Shown here: piece after piece, positions 10,224-18,407 of the stretch
Layout: each line of letters opens with the position of its first letter
Numbering within the stretch: position 1 is the first letter of the stretch
NCBI GenBank assembly: GCA_049323815.1
Contig: JBMOOB010000020.1
Coordinates: 20,184-84,183 of the forward strand
DNA length: 64,000 nucleotides
Direction of reading: 5' to 3'
From: Pseudomonadota bacterium
GTDB lineage: Bacteria; Pseudomonadota; Alphaproteobacteria; Sphingomonadales; Sphingomonadaceae
Translations under genes and position numbers: made by a program
Notes under the pieces: model-generated
Database searches by the model: none
Seen by the model: only the letters and a program-made list of their open reading frames with translations
What the model was told of the DNA's origin: nothing

Positions 10224-12683
10224 TCAGAAGTCCGCGGTCAGGATCACCCCGAAGCTGCGCGGACGATTGTAGATGCCGTTCATCGTCGTCGACAGGTCGA
10301 TCGCCTCGACTACATACCGCTCGTCGGTCAGGTTGTCGCCATAGACCTGGAGCGAGAAGTTGCCGGTGCCGACCGGAATCTTCGACACGATGATACGCGC
10401 GCTCAGGTTCCGCTGGTCGCCCGCGTTCACTGCCGTGTTGTTCGGCGACAGCAGGTCCAGCGTGCTGAACCGGAACGTCGACTTGTAGCTATAGTCGACG
10501 CGCGCCGTGATGACGCCGATCGGCGTTTCGGGCGATTCATATTGCGCGCCGACGTGAATGCTCGTGTCCGACAGGAACGAGAAGCGCGCGATGTCGGCGA
10601 CGTTCTGCGTACAGCTCGGGTCGTTCGGATTGGTGCCGCAAATCGCGGGCAGCGGCAACGCGCCGATTAGATACTCCTGATATTTCGGCCAGATACGTCC
10701 GAAGTCGGCGTCGAGCGAGAAGCCGCCGAACCGCGCATTGAACTCCGCCTCGATCCCGTCATAGGTCGCCTTGCCGGCGTTCGAGATGAAGTTGGTGTTA
10801 CGCGGCGGGCCGAAATACTGGTTGATCTGCAACCCGTCATAGTCGGTGTGATAGCCGACAATGTTCAGCCGGACATGCCGGTCGAACCATTCGCTCTTGA
10901 TGCCGCCTTCATAGCTGACGGCCGTTTCGGGCGCATAGCTCGGCGCGTTCGTCGACCCGGCATTGAACCCGCCGGCGCGAAACGCCGATGTCGCGCGACC
11001 GAAGATGTAGATGGTCGGCGTCACGCGATAGCTCACCGACGCGGCCCAGCCGGTATTTTCCCAGCTGTCCTTGCCCGTGCTGGGCGCAATGCCCGACGTG
11101 CCCGACCCCGGCAGCCCGGTCGACGCGACCGTGCCCGTATAAGTCGTCACGCCCGTCGCCGAGCTGGTCGCGGCGGTGAACGATTTCACAGTCTTGTCGT
11201 CGTGGGTGAAACGGATGCCGCCCGAGATTTCGAGCCCGTCCAATGCCCTGGGGTGGTAGCTGAGCTGACCATAAGCGGCATAGGATTTGGTGCTGCCCGA
11301 ATAGGTCACCGAACGGTCGGTGATCGTCACCGGCGACGTCGCCGAGGTCGGACGGCTCATCTGGACGGTGTTGATCGTCTCGTCGACGCTTTCCCGGAAA
11401 TAATAAAGGCCCGCGACATAGCTGAAGTCGCCCAGCGTGCCGGTGAAATTGAATTCCTGCGAAAACTGGTCCTGCTCGCCGGGCTCATTGGGAGTGACGT
11501 GCGTGATGACCGGTTCGATCACCGTGGCGCCCAGGCGATTCACCGGGCCGAGGACATAGCTGCCGCCAAGCTGGCCGGTCAGATTCTCCTCCAGGCTGGA
11601 ATAGCCGGTGATCGACTTGAACTGAAAGCCCGCCCCGCCGTCATACGTCAGCGTGAAACGGTCCGAAAACGCCTTGATCGTCGCTTCGTTGGTGGTCAGC
11701 AGCGGCGAGCGATAGGCAAGGTCCAGCGGCTTGTCGCTCATGAGGAACGCCGGCCCGCCATAGCTGGGGCTCATGTTGAAATAGGCGACCGCCGTGGCGT
11801 TCGCCGCCAACGTCTGCCAGCCTACCGCTGAGCGGACGTAATTGTACGATGCCGCATTTTCGAGCGTGAAGTCGCCGGTTTCTCCCGCCACCGTCAGCGC
11901 GGCCGAGCGGCTGTGCAGGCTGCCGCCCCATTCGTCCTTGTCGAAGCCGGGGAATTTCACCCACCCGTCGCGGTCGTGGCTCTGCAACACCAGCTTGGCA
12001 CGCAAACCGCCGCCGAGCGTGCCCGAATGGAGCACCGCCGCCCCCTGGATGTCGTTGTTGGAGCCATAGGACAGGCGCACCTTGGCCCCCGCCGCATCGC
12101 GCGGCCGTTCGGTGGTCAGCAGGATCGCGCCACCCGTGGTGTTGCGGCCGAACAGCGTGCCCTGCGGCCCGCGCAGCACTTCGGCGCCCGCCAGGTCGGG
12201 AAGGTCGAATGCGGCGCCCGTCGGGCGCGGCATGTACAGGCCGTCGACATAGAGCGCGACCGGCGGTTCCGAATACAGCGCCACCGACGGGGAGCCGATG
12301 CCGCGCAGATAGAGCATCGGCGCAACCGCGCTGGGGCCGTTGGTGACGACGGTCAGGTTCGGCGTAAGCTGCTGAATCGCGTCCAGCCGCGTGATGTCCA
12401 GGTCCGCGATTTCCTTGGTCGAAACGGCAGTCACCGAAACCGGCGTGGTCTGCACATTTTCGCTTGTGCGCCGGGCCGTGACGATGATTTCCTCAAGCTG
12501 GCCGCTGCTGTTCTGCTGGTCCTGTGCCTGCTGCGTCTGCGTGTCCGGATCGGCCGCAGGCGCCCTGTCCTCGGCGTGCGCGGCAGTTGCGGCCATCAGC
12601 ATCAGCGCGCTGCTGGACAATGCGAGATAGCGAAACGCCTTGCGACCTGAAAAGTGACGCCCGTACTGGGTCTGTCTTGTCAT
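10224..12683 (-). CDS. TonB-dependent receptor (sphingomonad aromatic/lipophilic-compound uptake type)
   Basis: Signal peptide, LEEIIVTARRTSENVQTTPVSV, EVLRGPQGTLFGRNTTGGAI, C-terminal PRSFGVILTADF. Confidence 0.9.
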   Translation of the reverse strand: MTRQTQYGRHFSGRKAFRYLALSSSALMLMAATAAHAEDRAPAADPDTQTQQAQDQQNSSGQLEEIIVTARRTSENVQTTPVSVTAVSTKEIADLDITRLDAIQQLTPNLTVVTNGPSAVAPMLYLRGIGSPSVALYSEPPVALYVDGLYMPRPTGAAFDLPDLAGAEVLRGPQGTLFGRNTTGGAILLTTERPRDAAGAKVRLSYGSNNDIQGAAVLHSGTLGGGLRAKLVLQSHDRDGWVKFPGFDKDEWGGSLHSRSAALTVAGETGDFTLENAASYNYVRSAVGWQTLAANATAVAYFNMSPSYGGPAFLMSDKPLDLAYRSPLLTTNEATIKAFSDRFTLTYDGGAGFQFKSITGYSSLEENLTGQLGGSYVLGPVNRLGATVIEPVITHVTPNEPGEQDQFSQEFNFTGTLGDFSYVAGLYYFRESVDETINTVQMSRPTSATSPVTITDRSVTYSGSTKSYAAYGQLSYHPRALDGLEISGGIRFTHDDKTVKSFTAATSSATGVTTYTGTVASTGLPGSGTSGIAPSTGKDSWENTGWAASVSYRVTPTIYIFGRATSAFRAGGFNAGSTNAPSYAPETAVSYEGGIKSEWFDRHVRLNIVGYHTDYDGLQINQYFGPPRNTNFISNAGKATYDGIEAEFNARFGGFSLDADFGRIWPKYQEYLIGALPLPAICGTNPNDPSCTQNVADIARFSFLSDTSIHVGAQYESPETPIGVITARVDYSYKSTFRFSTLDLLSPNNTAVNAGDQRNLSARIIVSKIPVGTGNFSLQVYGDNLTDERYVVEAIDLSTTMNGIYNRPRSFGVILTADF

Positions 12684-12755
12684 CTGAAACTCCTCCCCTC
12701 CGCGATGGAATCCGGCATCCGATTCGGGGATGCCGATCTTGGCTCGCCTTCGGGC

Positions 12756-14729
12756 TCAGTCGATCTTGGTGCCGAGCCGTACGCCCTCCAGCGTTGCATG
12801 CACCATGCGCCGCGGCGACAGCGCGTCGCCGATCACATGGATTTCCCGCGCAAGTCCCGCGAAGCGCGTGGACGCGCCCGCATCGGCCCGGCGGCCTTCC
12901 AGATCGACCACCGTCCCCGGTTGCTCGATCCGTCCAGTTCTGTCGGTGAGCGTGTGGCGGATCAGCAGCGCGCCATCCTCCGCACCCTCGACGGCCGTGA
13001 ACGGCCGGATTTCCACGCCCCGTTCGGCCAGCCGCCGCATCAGCGCGTAGAAGCTCGCCGCCTCCACGCCACCGCCCGGCGCCGCCATTTCGGTGAGCAG
13101 CGTCACCGCCCGCCCCTGGCCCGCGAAGAAATCTGCAGTAATCATCGGCGCCAGATGGTCGTCGCGCCCGCCGATTACGGTAACGCGGTCCCCCGCAGCG
13201 TCTGCTTCCTCAATCGCCGCCGGTGCTGGCGTGCCATGGCCGCCGTCCCAGGCGGCGCCGGTGGCAACCACCAGCACGTCGGGGCGCCAATGTTCGGCCA
13301 GCTTGCGGTCGAATTCGGTGCCGGCCGCGACTACGATCGGCAGCGCGTCGATCCGCCGCGCGCTATAGTCCAGATATTCGCCGAACCGCGCCTGCCCCGA
13401 CGCCCGCGCGACAGGGCGCAGCGTGCCGCCCAGCGCCGGCGCGCGATCGACCAGCATCACCTGATGCCCGCGCTCGGCAGCGGCGATGGCGCATTCGATG
13501 CCCGCCGGACCCGCGCCCGCCACCAGCACGCGGCGCGGCGTCTGGGCGGCGTGCGATTCCAGCTCGCCCTCGCGGCCCGCGCGCGGATTGACGGCACAGG
13601 CGAGCGGGCGGCCGTAATGGCATTCGTTGCCGCCGATGCACGGACGATGCTCCTCGCCCGCGTCGGGGCCGATCGCCTTCGCAACCATCGCCGGATCGGC
13701 CATCAGCGCGCGCACCATGCACGCGACATCGGCCGCGCCCGACGCGACGATCTCTTCCGCCTGCGCCATCGACACGATCGACCCGCTGACCATGACCGGC
13801 AGCGTCGTTGCCGCCTTTATCGCCGCCGACACCGCGACATTCGGCCCCGGGTCGACGAAGGCCGAGGCGACATAGGCCTGGCCCGCGCCGCGCCACAGCC
13901 CCGAATAGGAGCCGCCGGAAATGCTGATATAGCCCGCCCCGGCCGCTTCCAGCCGCCGCGAAATCTCGACAAGGTCGTCGAGCGACAATCCGCCCTCGGG
14001 CTCCGGCCCGCACAACCGCACGCCCACCGGGACCGCGCCATCGACAGCGTCCAGCACGGTTTCCAGCGCCGCCATCAGGAAACGGATGCGCCCTTCGAAA
14101 TCACCGCCCCAGCGGTCGGTGCGCCGGTTGGTCAGCGGCGACAGGAATTGTTCGATCAGATAGCCGTGCGCGCCATGCAATTCGAGCGCGTCGATTTCGG
14201 TCGCAAGCGAGCGCTGCGCCGCCAGCGCATAGGCATGGAGCAAGTCGCCGATCTCGGTCTCGCTCAACGGATGCGGGCGGTGGCGTTCGTATTCGTCGGA
14301 GACCGTCGACGAAGAGACCACCGGCTGGAAACTGTCCGAATGCTGCGCAGCACCGGGGTGATAGAGCTGACCCACTGCGCGCACGCCATGGTTGCGCACC
14401 GCGCGCACCCATTCGCGGATCGCGGGCACCAACGCATCATATTGCGCGCGCCCCTCCTGCGTCAGCGGGTGGTAGGGGACGCCGTCCTGATCCCCTCCGG
14501 GACCGGCAGTGGGAGCGCCCGGCCCGAAGGGGAACTGCATCAGCCCCAGCGGGCCGAAATTGAAGCCGGCGATGCCGACGCCGCCGCGCGCACGTTCGTC
14601 CAGATAGCGCAGGTAGCGCGCCTGGCTGAGCCGGGGGCCGTGTGTCGCCATCATGATGCGATTGCGCGCCTCCATCGACCCGATGGTGATCGGCCGCGCC
14701 ACATGCGAGTAGGCGTCGGGCGTGCTCAT
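12756..14729 (-). CDS. NADH:flavin oxidoreductase (OYE domain + FAD-binding domain; FadH/TMADH-like)
   Basis: RNRIMMATH, ELHGAHGYLIEQFLSPLTNRRTDRWGG, VLVAGAGPAGIECA. The Fe-S motif reads CIGGNEC..C. Confidence 0.88.
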   Translation of the reverse strand: MSTPDAYSHVARPITIGSMEARNRIMMATHGPRLSQARYLRYLDERARGGVGIAGFNFGPLGLMQFPFGPGAPTAGPGGDQDGVPYHPLTQEGRAQYDALVPAIREWVRAVRNHGVRAVGQLYHPGAAQHSDSFQPVVSSSTVSDEYERHRPHPLSETEIGDLLHAYALAAQRSLATEIDALELHGAHGYLIEQFLSPLTNRRTDRWGGDFEGRIRFLMAALETVLDAVDGAVPVGVRLCGPEPEGGLSLDDLVEISRRLEAAGAGYISISGGSYSGLWRGAGQAYVASAFVDPGPNVAVSAAIKAATTLPVMVSGSIVSMAQAEEIVASGAADVACMVRALMADPAMVAKAIGPDAGEEHRPCIGGNECHYGRPLACAVNPRAGREGELESHAAQTPRRVLVAGAGPAGIECAIAAAERGHQVMLVDRAPALGGTLRPVARASGQARFGEYLDYSARRIDALPIVVAAGTEFDRKLAEHWRPDVLVVATGAAWDGGHGTPAPAAIEEADAAGDRVTVIGGRDDHLAPMITADFFAGQGRAVTLLTEMAAPGGGVEAASFYALMRRLAERGVEIRPFTAVEGAEDGALLIRHTLTDRTGRIEQPGTVVDLEGRRADAGASTRFAGLAREIHVIGDALSPRRMVHATLEGVRLGTKID

Positions 14730-14830
14730 CCGATCCACGCCCCGCGCGCCGGCACCGCATCCGTCTCAGCGGCGGCACCGGAATTCGGGGTACAGGAATG
14801 GCCTTGCCGACGAACGTCGAGCAACAACAT
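14726..14830 (-). CDS. Putative 34-aa leader/small protein MLLLDVRRQGHSCTPNSGAAAETDAVPARGAWIG
   Basis: SD-like GAGGAGAGG ends 6 nt before ATG 14830. Its TGA overlaps the OYE ATG (ATGA). No family recognised. Confidence 0.35.
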   Translation of the reverse strand: MLLLDVRRQGHSCTPNSGAAAETDAVPARGAWIG

Positions 14831-14932
14831 GCGCACCTCTCCTCACGCGGTCTCTTGTCGAACCTTGCGTGCATGGCCCTCCATCCGAGCGACGGCGAGC
14901 GGCTTTCTATTTTGTAAAGATTGCTAGGATGG

Positions 14933-14945
14933 TTGACCCTGTCAA
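14933..14945. promoter_or_regulatory. 13-bp inverted repeat TTGACCCTGTCAA (candidate operator overlapping -35-like hexamers)
   Basis: Dyad in the AT-rich divergent OYE/SDR region. The minus strand reads TTGACA. Confidence 0.45.
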
Positions 14946-15150
14946 TTGTGCGGGTCTAGGGAGCCGCGGCGATTGTTCCGGCAACGGGACGAAAGCATGG
15001 GTGCGGACCGTTTCAGGGCAGCGGACGGAAATTTCGACACCGGTATTAAATTTAGCAAATTCCGCGACTTAATATCGACCGCGTGGCAATGCGGACCCAC
15101 GGCACCACGCCGTTCAATGACTTTTCGGCATCCGAGGGAGCGCGAAATAG

Positions 15151-15951
15151 GTGGACAAGATCGCAACGCTGATCGCCCTGAAAGACACGGTTGCCGTGGT
15201 GACGGGTGCGGGTTCCGGCATCGGCCGCGCGGTCGCCGAGCGCTTCGCCGACTCCGGTGCGCGGCTGCTGCTGACCGATCGCGACGCGCAAGGGCTGGCA
15301 GAAACCGTCGCACGAATCGACTCGACCGGCGGCACGGCCCGGTCGATCCTTGCGGACGTTACGGAATGGGCGGCTGCCGACCGAGTCGCCAATGCGGCCA
15401 TCGCGGCGTTCGGGCGCATCGACACGCTGGTGAACTGCGCCGGGCTATTTCCCTCCGCTCCCGCGTTGGAGCTGGACGAGGCGCATTGGGACCTGCTGCT
15501 GGACGTCAACCTGAAGGGCGCGATGCGCATGACGCAAAGCATCGGGCGGCATCTGGTAACCCAGCGATCGGGCGCCATCGTCCATGTCGCGTCGGTCCAG
15601 GCGTTGCGGCCAACGGCAGGCAAGGCGGCGTATTCGGCATCGAAGGCGGGGCTCGTCGCGCTGATGCAGGTGCAGGCGCGCGAACTGGCACCCGCCGGCG
15701 TGCGCGTGAATGCGGTCGCGCCCGGGCCGATCCTGACCGATCGCATCCGCGCCGCCGTCGCCGCCGCGTCGGCCGCGCCCGCGTCGGCCGCGCCCGCGCC
15801 GGCCGCCGGACGGCCATTGTCGCAAGTGCCGCTCGGCAGGTTCGGCGAGGCGGACGAAGTCGCGCGCGTGATCCTGTTCCTCGCCAGCCCGGCGGCCAGC
15901 TATGTCACCGGCGCGCTTTGGCCGGTCGACGGCGGCGCCCAGCTCGCCTGA
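15151..15951 (+). CDS. Short-chain dehydrogenase/reductase
   Basis: VTGAGSGIG, LVNCAG, YSASK, RVNAVAPG. Contains an Ala/Pro insert encoded by a 15-bp tandem repeat. Confidence 0.92.
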   Translation: MDKIATLIALKDTVAVVTGAGSGIGRAVAERFADSGARLLLTDRDAQGLAETVARIDSTGGTARSILADVTEWAAADRVANAAIAAFGRIDTLVNCAGLFPSAPALELDEAHWDLLLDVNLKGAMRMTQSIGRHLVTQRSGAIVHVASVQALRPTAGKAAYSASKAGLVALMQVQARELAPAGVRVNAVAPGPILTDRIRAAVAAASAAPASAAPAPAAGRPLSQVPLGRFGEADEVARVILFLASPAASYVTGALWPVDGGAQLA

Positions 15952-15959
15952 GCCGCGCT

Positions 15960-16550
15960 TCACGCCGCCAGCAGCGCCAGGATCATCGCCTCCATCGTCG
16001 GGACGAGCGCGTCGCCGGCCTCGGGATCGGGCACGCGCGCCAGCGTTGCCGCCAGCGCGAAAATGCCGCGCACCAGCAATCGCGCGCGAACCGGCTCCAG
16101 ATAGGGGCGCCAGGCCCGCAGCGCGTCGATCCACCAGCCAAGCAGCTGGTCGCGCAACGCGATGATGCGTTCCCGGTCGTCCTTGCTGAGCCCAGGCAGT
16201 TCGCCCGCCAGCAGTCCCAGCACGGCACGTTCGCGCACCGCCAGGTCGGCGAGCCGCCGCGACGCCTCCACCAGTCGGGCGTGCGGGTCGGCCGCTTCGT
16301 GCTCCGCCGCGCGCGCCTCTTCCAGCGCGCGACCGATCGCATCGTCCAGAAGCGCGATCACGATGTCCTGCTTGCGCGGAAAGTGGCGATAAATCGCCGG
16401 TCCGCTGATGCCCACCCGTTCGCCGATCGCGTCGATGCTGCCCGCGTCGAACCCGCGTTGCGCGAACAACTCGGCGGCGGCTTCCAGGATCAGGCGGCGG
16501 CGTTCGGGCGCCGGAAGCCGCGTTCGGCGGCGGGCGGGGTCGGCAGTCAT
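15960..16550 (-). CDS. TetR/AcrR family regulator
   Basis: ILEAAAELFAQRGFDAGSIDAIGERVGISGPAIYRHFPRK HTH. Divergent from the P450. Confidence 0.92.
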   Translation of the reverse strand: MTADPARRRTRLPAPERRRLILEAAAELFAQRGFDAGSIDAIGERVGISGPAIYRHFPRKQDIVIALLDDAIGRALEEARAAEHEAADPHARLVEASRRLADLAVRERAVLGLLAGELPGLSKDDRERIIALRDQLLGWWIDALRAWRPYLEPVRARLLVRGIFALAATLARVPDPEAGDALVPTMEAMILALLAA

Positions 16551-16584
16551 GCGAAGGGGTGTAGCGCGGTCGCGTCCGCCGTGC

Positions 16585-16600
16585 TAGTTAACGATAACTA
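16585..16600. promoter_or_regulatory. TetR-type operator TAGTTAACGATAACTA
   Basis: 16-bp palindrome with one mismatched pair, in the 60-bp tetR/P450 intergenic region of an otherwise GC-rich sequence. Confidence 0.7.
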
Positions 16601-16610
16601 ACTAAAGAGG

Positions 16611-17882
16611 ATGTCGCCGATGCCGCACGCGCCCCGTCCGCTCGCGGACCCCGCCTGTTTCGATCCCGATCGTTTCGCCGCGCATGGCTATCCGCACGAC
16701 ATCTGGGCGCGGATGCGCCGCGAGACTCCGGTCGCCTGGCTCGACGATGGCGTGCGCGAGCCCTTCTGGGCCGTTACGCGCTATGAAGATGTCGCCGCGA
16801 TCGGCCGCAACAGCGACGATTTCAAAAGCGGTGCGGGGATCACCATCCTGCGCAAGGACATGCTCACCGGCGGGACAATCGAGCGCAGCGTGCCGCTGAT
16901 GCTGACGATGGACCCGCCCGAGCATCAGAAGAACCGGATGATCCTGCGCGAACGCTTCAAGCCCAGCGTGATGCGCGCACTGGAGGTGCATATCCTCGAA
17001 CGCTGCCGCGAAATCGTCGACAGCGTGGCGGCGCGGCGCGTGGCGCTGGCGGCGGCGGGCGCCGACCCGACGATCGAGTTCGTCGCGGACATTGCGATGC
17101 GGTTGCCGATGGACGTGATCCTGGAGCTGCTGGGCGTGCCGACATCGGATCGCGACCAGTTGTTCGAATGGAGCAACGCCGTGGTCGGCAGCGAGGACCC
17201 CGACTATGGCGATGTCGCCGTCCCGCGCGAGAGCATCGCGGCGGCGCAGGCGGGCATGTTCGGCTATTTCGCGAAATTCATCGCCGCGCGCCGCGCCGAC
17301 CCGCGCGAGGACCTGGTCAGTCTGCTCGTCGCCGCGCGCATCGACGGCGAGCCGCTTAGCGACCGCGAAATCCTGGGCTTCTGCTTCCTGCTCGCCATCG
17401 CCGGCAATGAGACGACGCGCAACGCGACGAGCAGCGCGATGCTGACGCTGATCGAACATCGCGAGGCGATGACGACATTGATCGAGCAGCCGGCGGCGAT
17501 GCCGGCGGCAGTCGAGGAATTGCTGCGCTGGGTCGCGCCGATCGTCTATATGGCGCGCACCGCGACGCGCGACCTGGAGCTGGCGGGCCAGCCGGTCGCC
17601 GCGGGCGAGAAAGTGGTGATGTTCTATCCTTCGGCCAATCGCGACGAGGACGCGTTCGCGGACGCCGCCCGGTTCGACATCGCGCGCAAGCCCAACCGGC
17701 ATTTCACCTTCGGCCACGGCCGCCATGCGTGTCTGGGCAACGACCTGGCCCGCATCGAGTTGCGCGCGGTGCTGACCGAGATATTGCGCCAGTTCCCGGG
17801 CATCGCGCTGGCCGGTCCTGTCGAGCGGCTGCGGTCGAATTTCGTGGGCGGGATCAAGAAGATGCCGGTGATGCTCGGCTAG
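16611..17882 (+). CDS. Cytochrome P450 (CYP124/125/142-like, tentative)
   Basis: I-helix LLAIAGNETTRN, ExxR (EELLRW), FYPSANRDE, heme motif FGHGRHACLG. Confidence 0.93.
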   Translation: MSPMPHAPRPLADPACFDPDRFAAHGYPHDIWARMRRETPVAWLDDGVREPFWAVTRYEDVAAIGRNSDDFKSGAGITILRKDMLTGGTIERSVPLMLTMDPPEHQKNRMILRERFKPSVMRALEVHILERCREIVDSVAARRVALAAAGADPTIEFVADIAMRLPMDVILELLGVPTSDRDQLFEWSNAVVGSEDPDYGDVAVPRESIAAAQAGMFGYFAKFIAARRADPREDLVSLLVAARIDGEPLSDREILGFCFLLAIAGNETTRNATSSAMLTLIEHREAMTTLIEQPAAMPAAVEELLRWVAPIVYMARTATRDLELAGQPVAAGEKVVMFYPSANRDEDAFADAARFDIARKPNRHFTFGHGRHACLGNDLARIELRAVLTEILRQFPGIALAGPVERLRSNFVGGIKKMPVMLG

Positions 17883-17978
17883 TGTCGGGGTTCGGCTCCG
17901 CCGCAGCCGAGACACTGTAAAGCAACCTCGCGAGGCGCGGCGGGTCGGTGGCACGCCCCGCGGCCTCTCCCTTTTCGG

Positions 17979-18133
17979 CGATGGTGTCGCTTGAAAGCGC
18001 GCGGTCTTTCAAGTCCCCGTTCAGGGGCGGCCGACTCCACGGACCGAAACCTCGGTTGCGATGCCTCTCTCCAACCCCTCCCCTGAAAGGGGGAAGCTTT
18101 GAGAAAGCGCCGCGTTCGCAGGCTACACCATCG
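17979..18133. repeat. MITE-like 155-bp element with 12-bp terminal inverted repeats
   Basis: CGATGGTGTCGC (17979-17990) vs GCTACACCATCG (18122-18133), 11/12 complementary. Internal TTCAGGGG..CCCCTGAA hairpin. Non-coding. Confidence 0.45.
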
Positions 18134-18160
18134 TTTTCCTGTGCAGCCGTCCGCAGCACT

Positions 18161-18235
18161 GTCCTTGCGAGCGCAGCGAAGCAATTCAGGACCTCGCATG
18201 ACGCGGCGGATTGCCTTGCCGCGCTCACAAGGACG
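18161..18235. repeat. Palindromic repeat family A, copy 2 (degenerate)
   Basis: GTCCTTGCGAGCGCAGCGAAGCAATTC..GGATTGCCTTGCCGCGCTCACAAGGACG. Confidence 0.75.
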
Positions 18236-18407
18236 AAGGAAGTCTCCATCGGCGATGCCCGCCGATGTCCGCGAAGCGCCGCCAGCATCGCATTCGGACA
18301 TCGTTCGCATGCTCAGCGGCGAATTGACTGTCACGCCGCGCGCGTCATGCTGTCCCTCTCGAATAATACACTTCCGGAACGAGCCGGGATTCAGGAAAGG
18401 ACGCACG

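Noticed and set aside
12756-14830. Possible mycofactocin or RiPP system (FadH/OYE + SDRs + small peptide)
   Set aside because: No radical SAM maturase, PqqD/RRE, creatininase or other RiPP enzyme is in the window, and the peptide lacks the MftA C-terminal motif.
16611-17882. Calling the region an estrogen (edc/oec) degradation cluster because of P450 + TBDR + TetR + Ipd genes
   Set aside because: No extradiol dioxygenase or 2-oxoacid:ferredoxin oxidoreductase typical of those clusters is in the window, and the P450 family cannot be assigned without a search.
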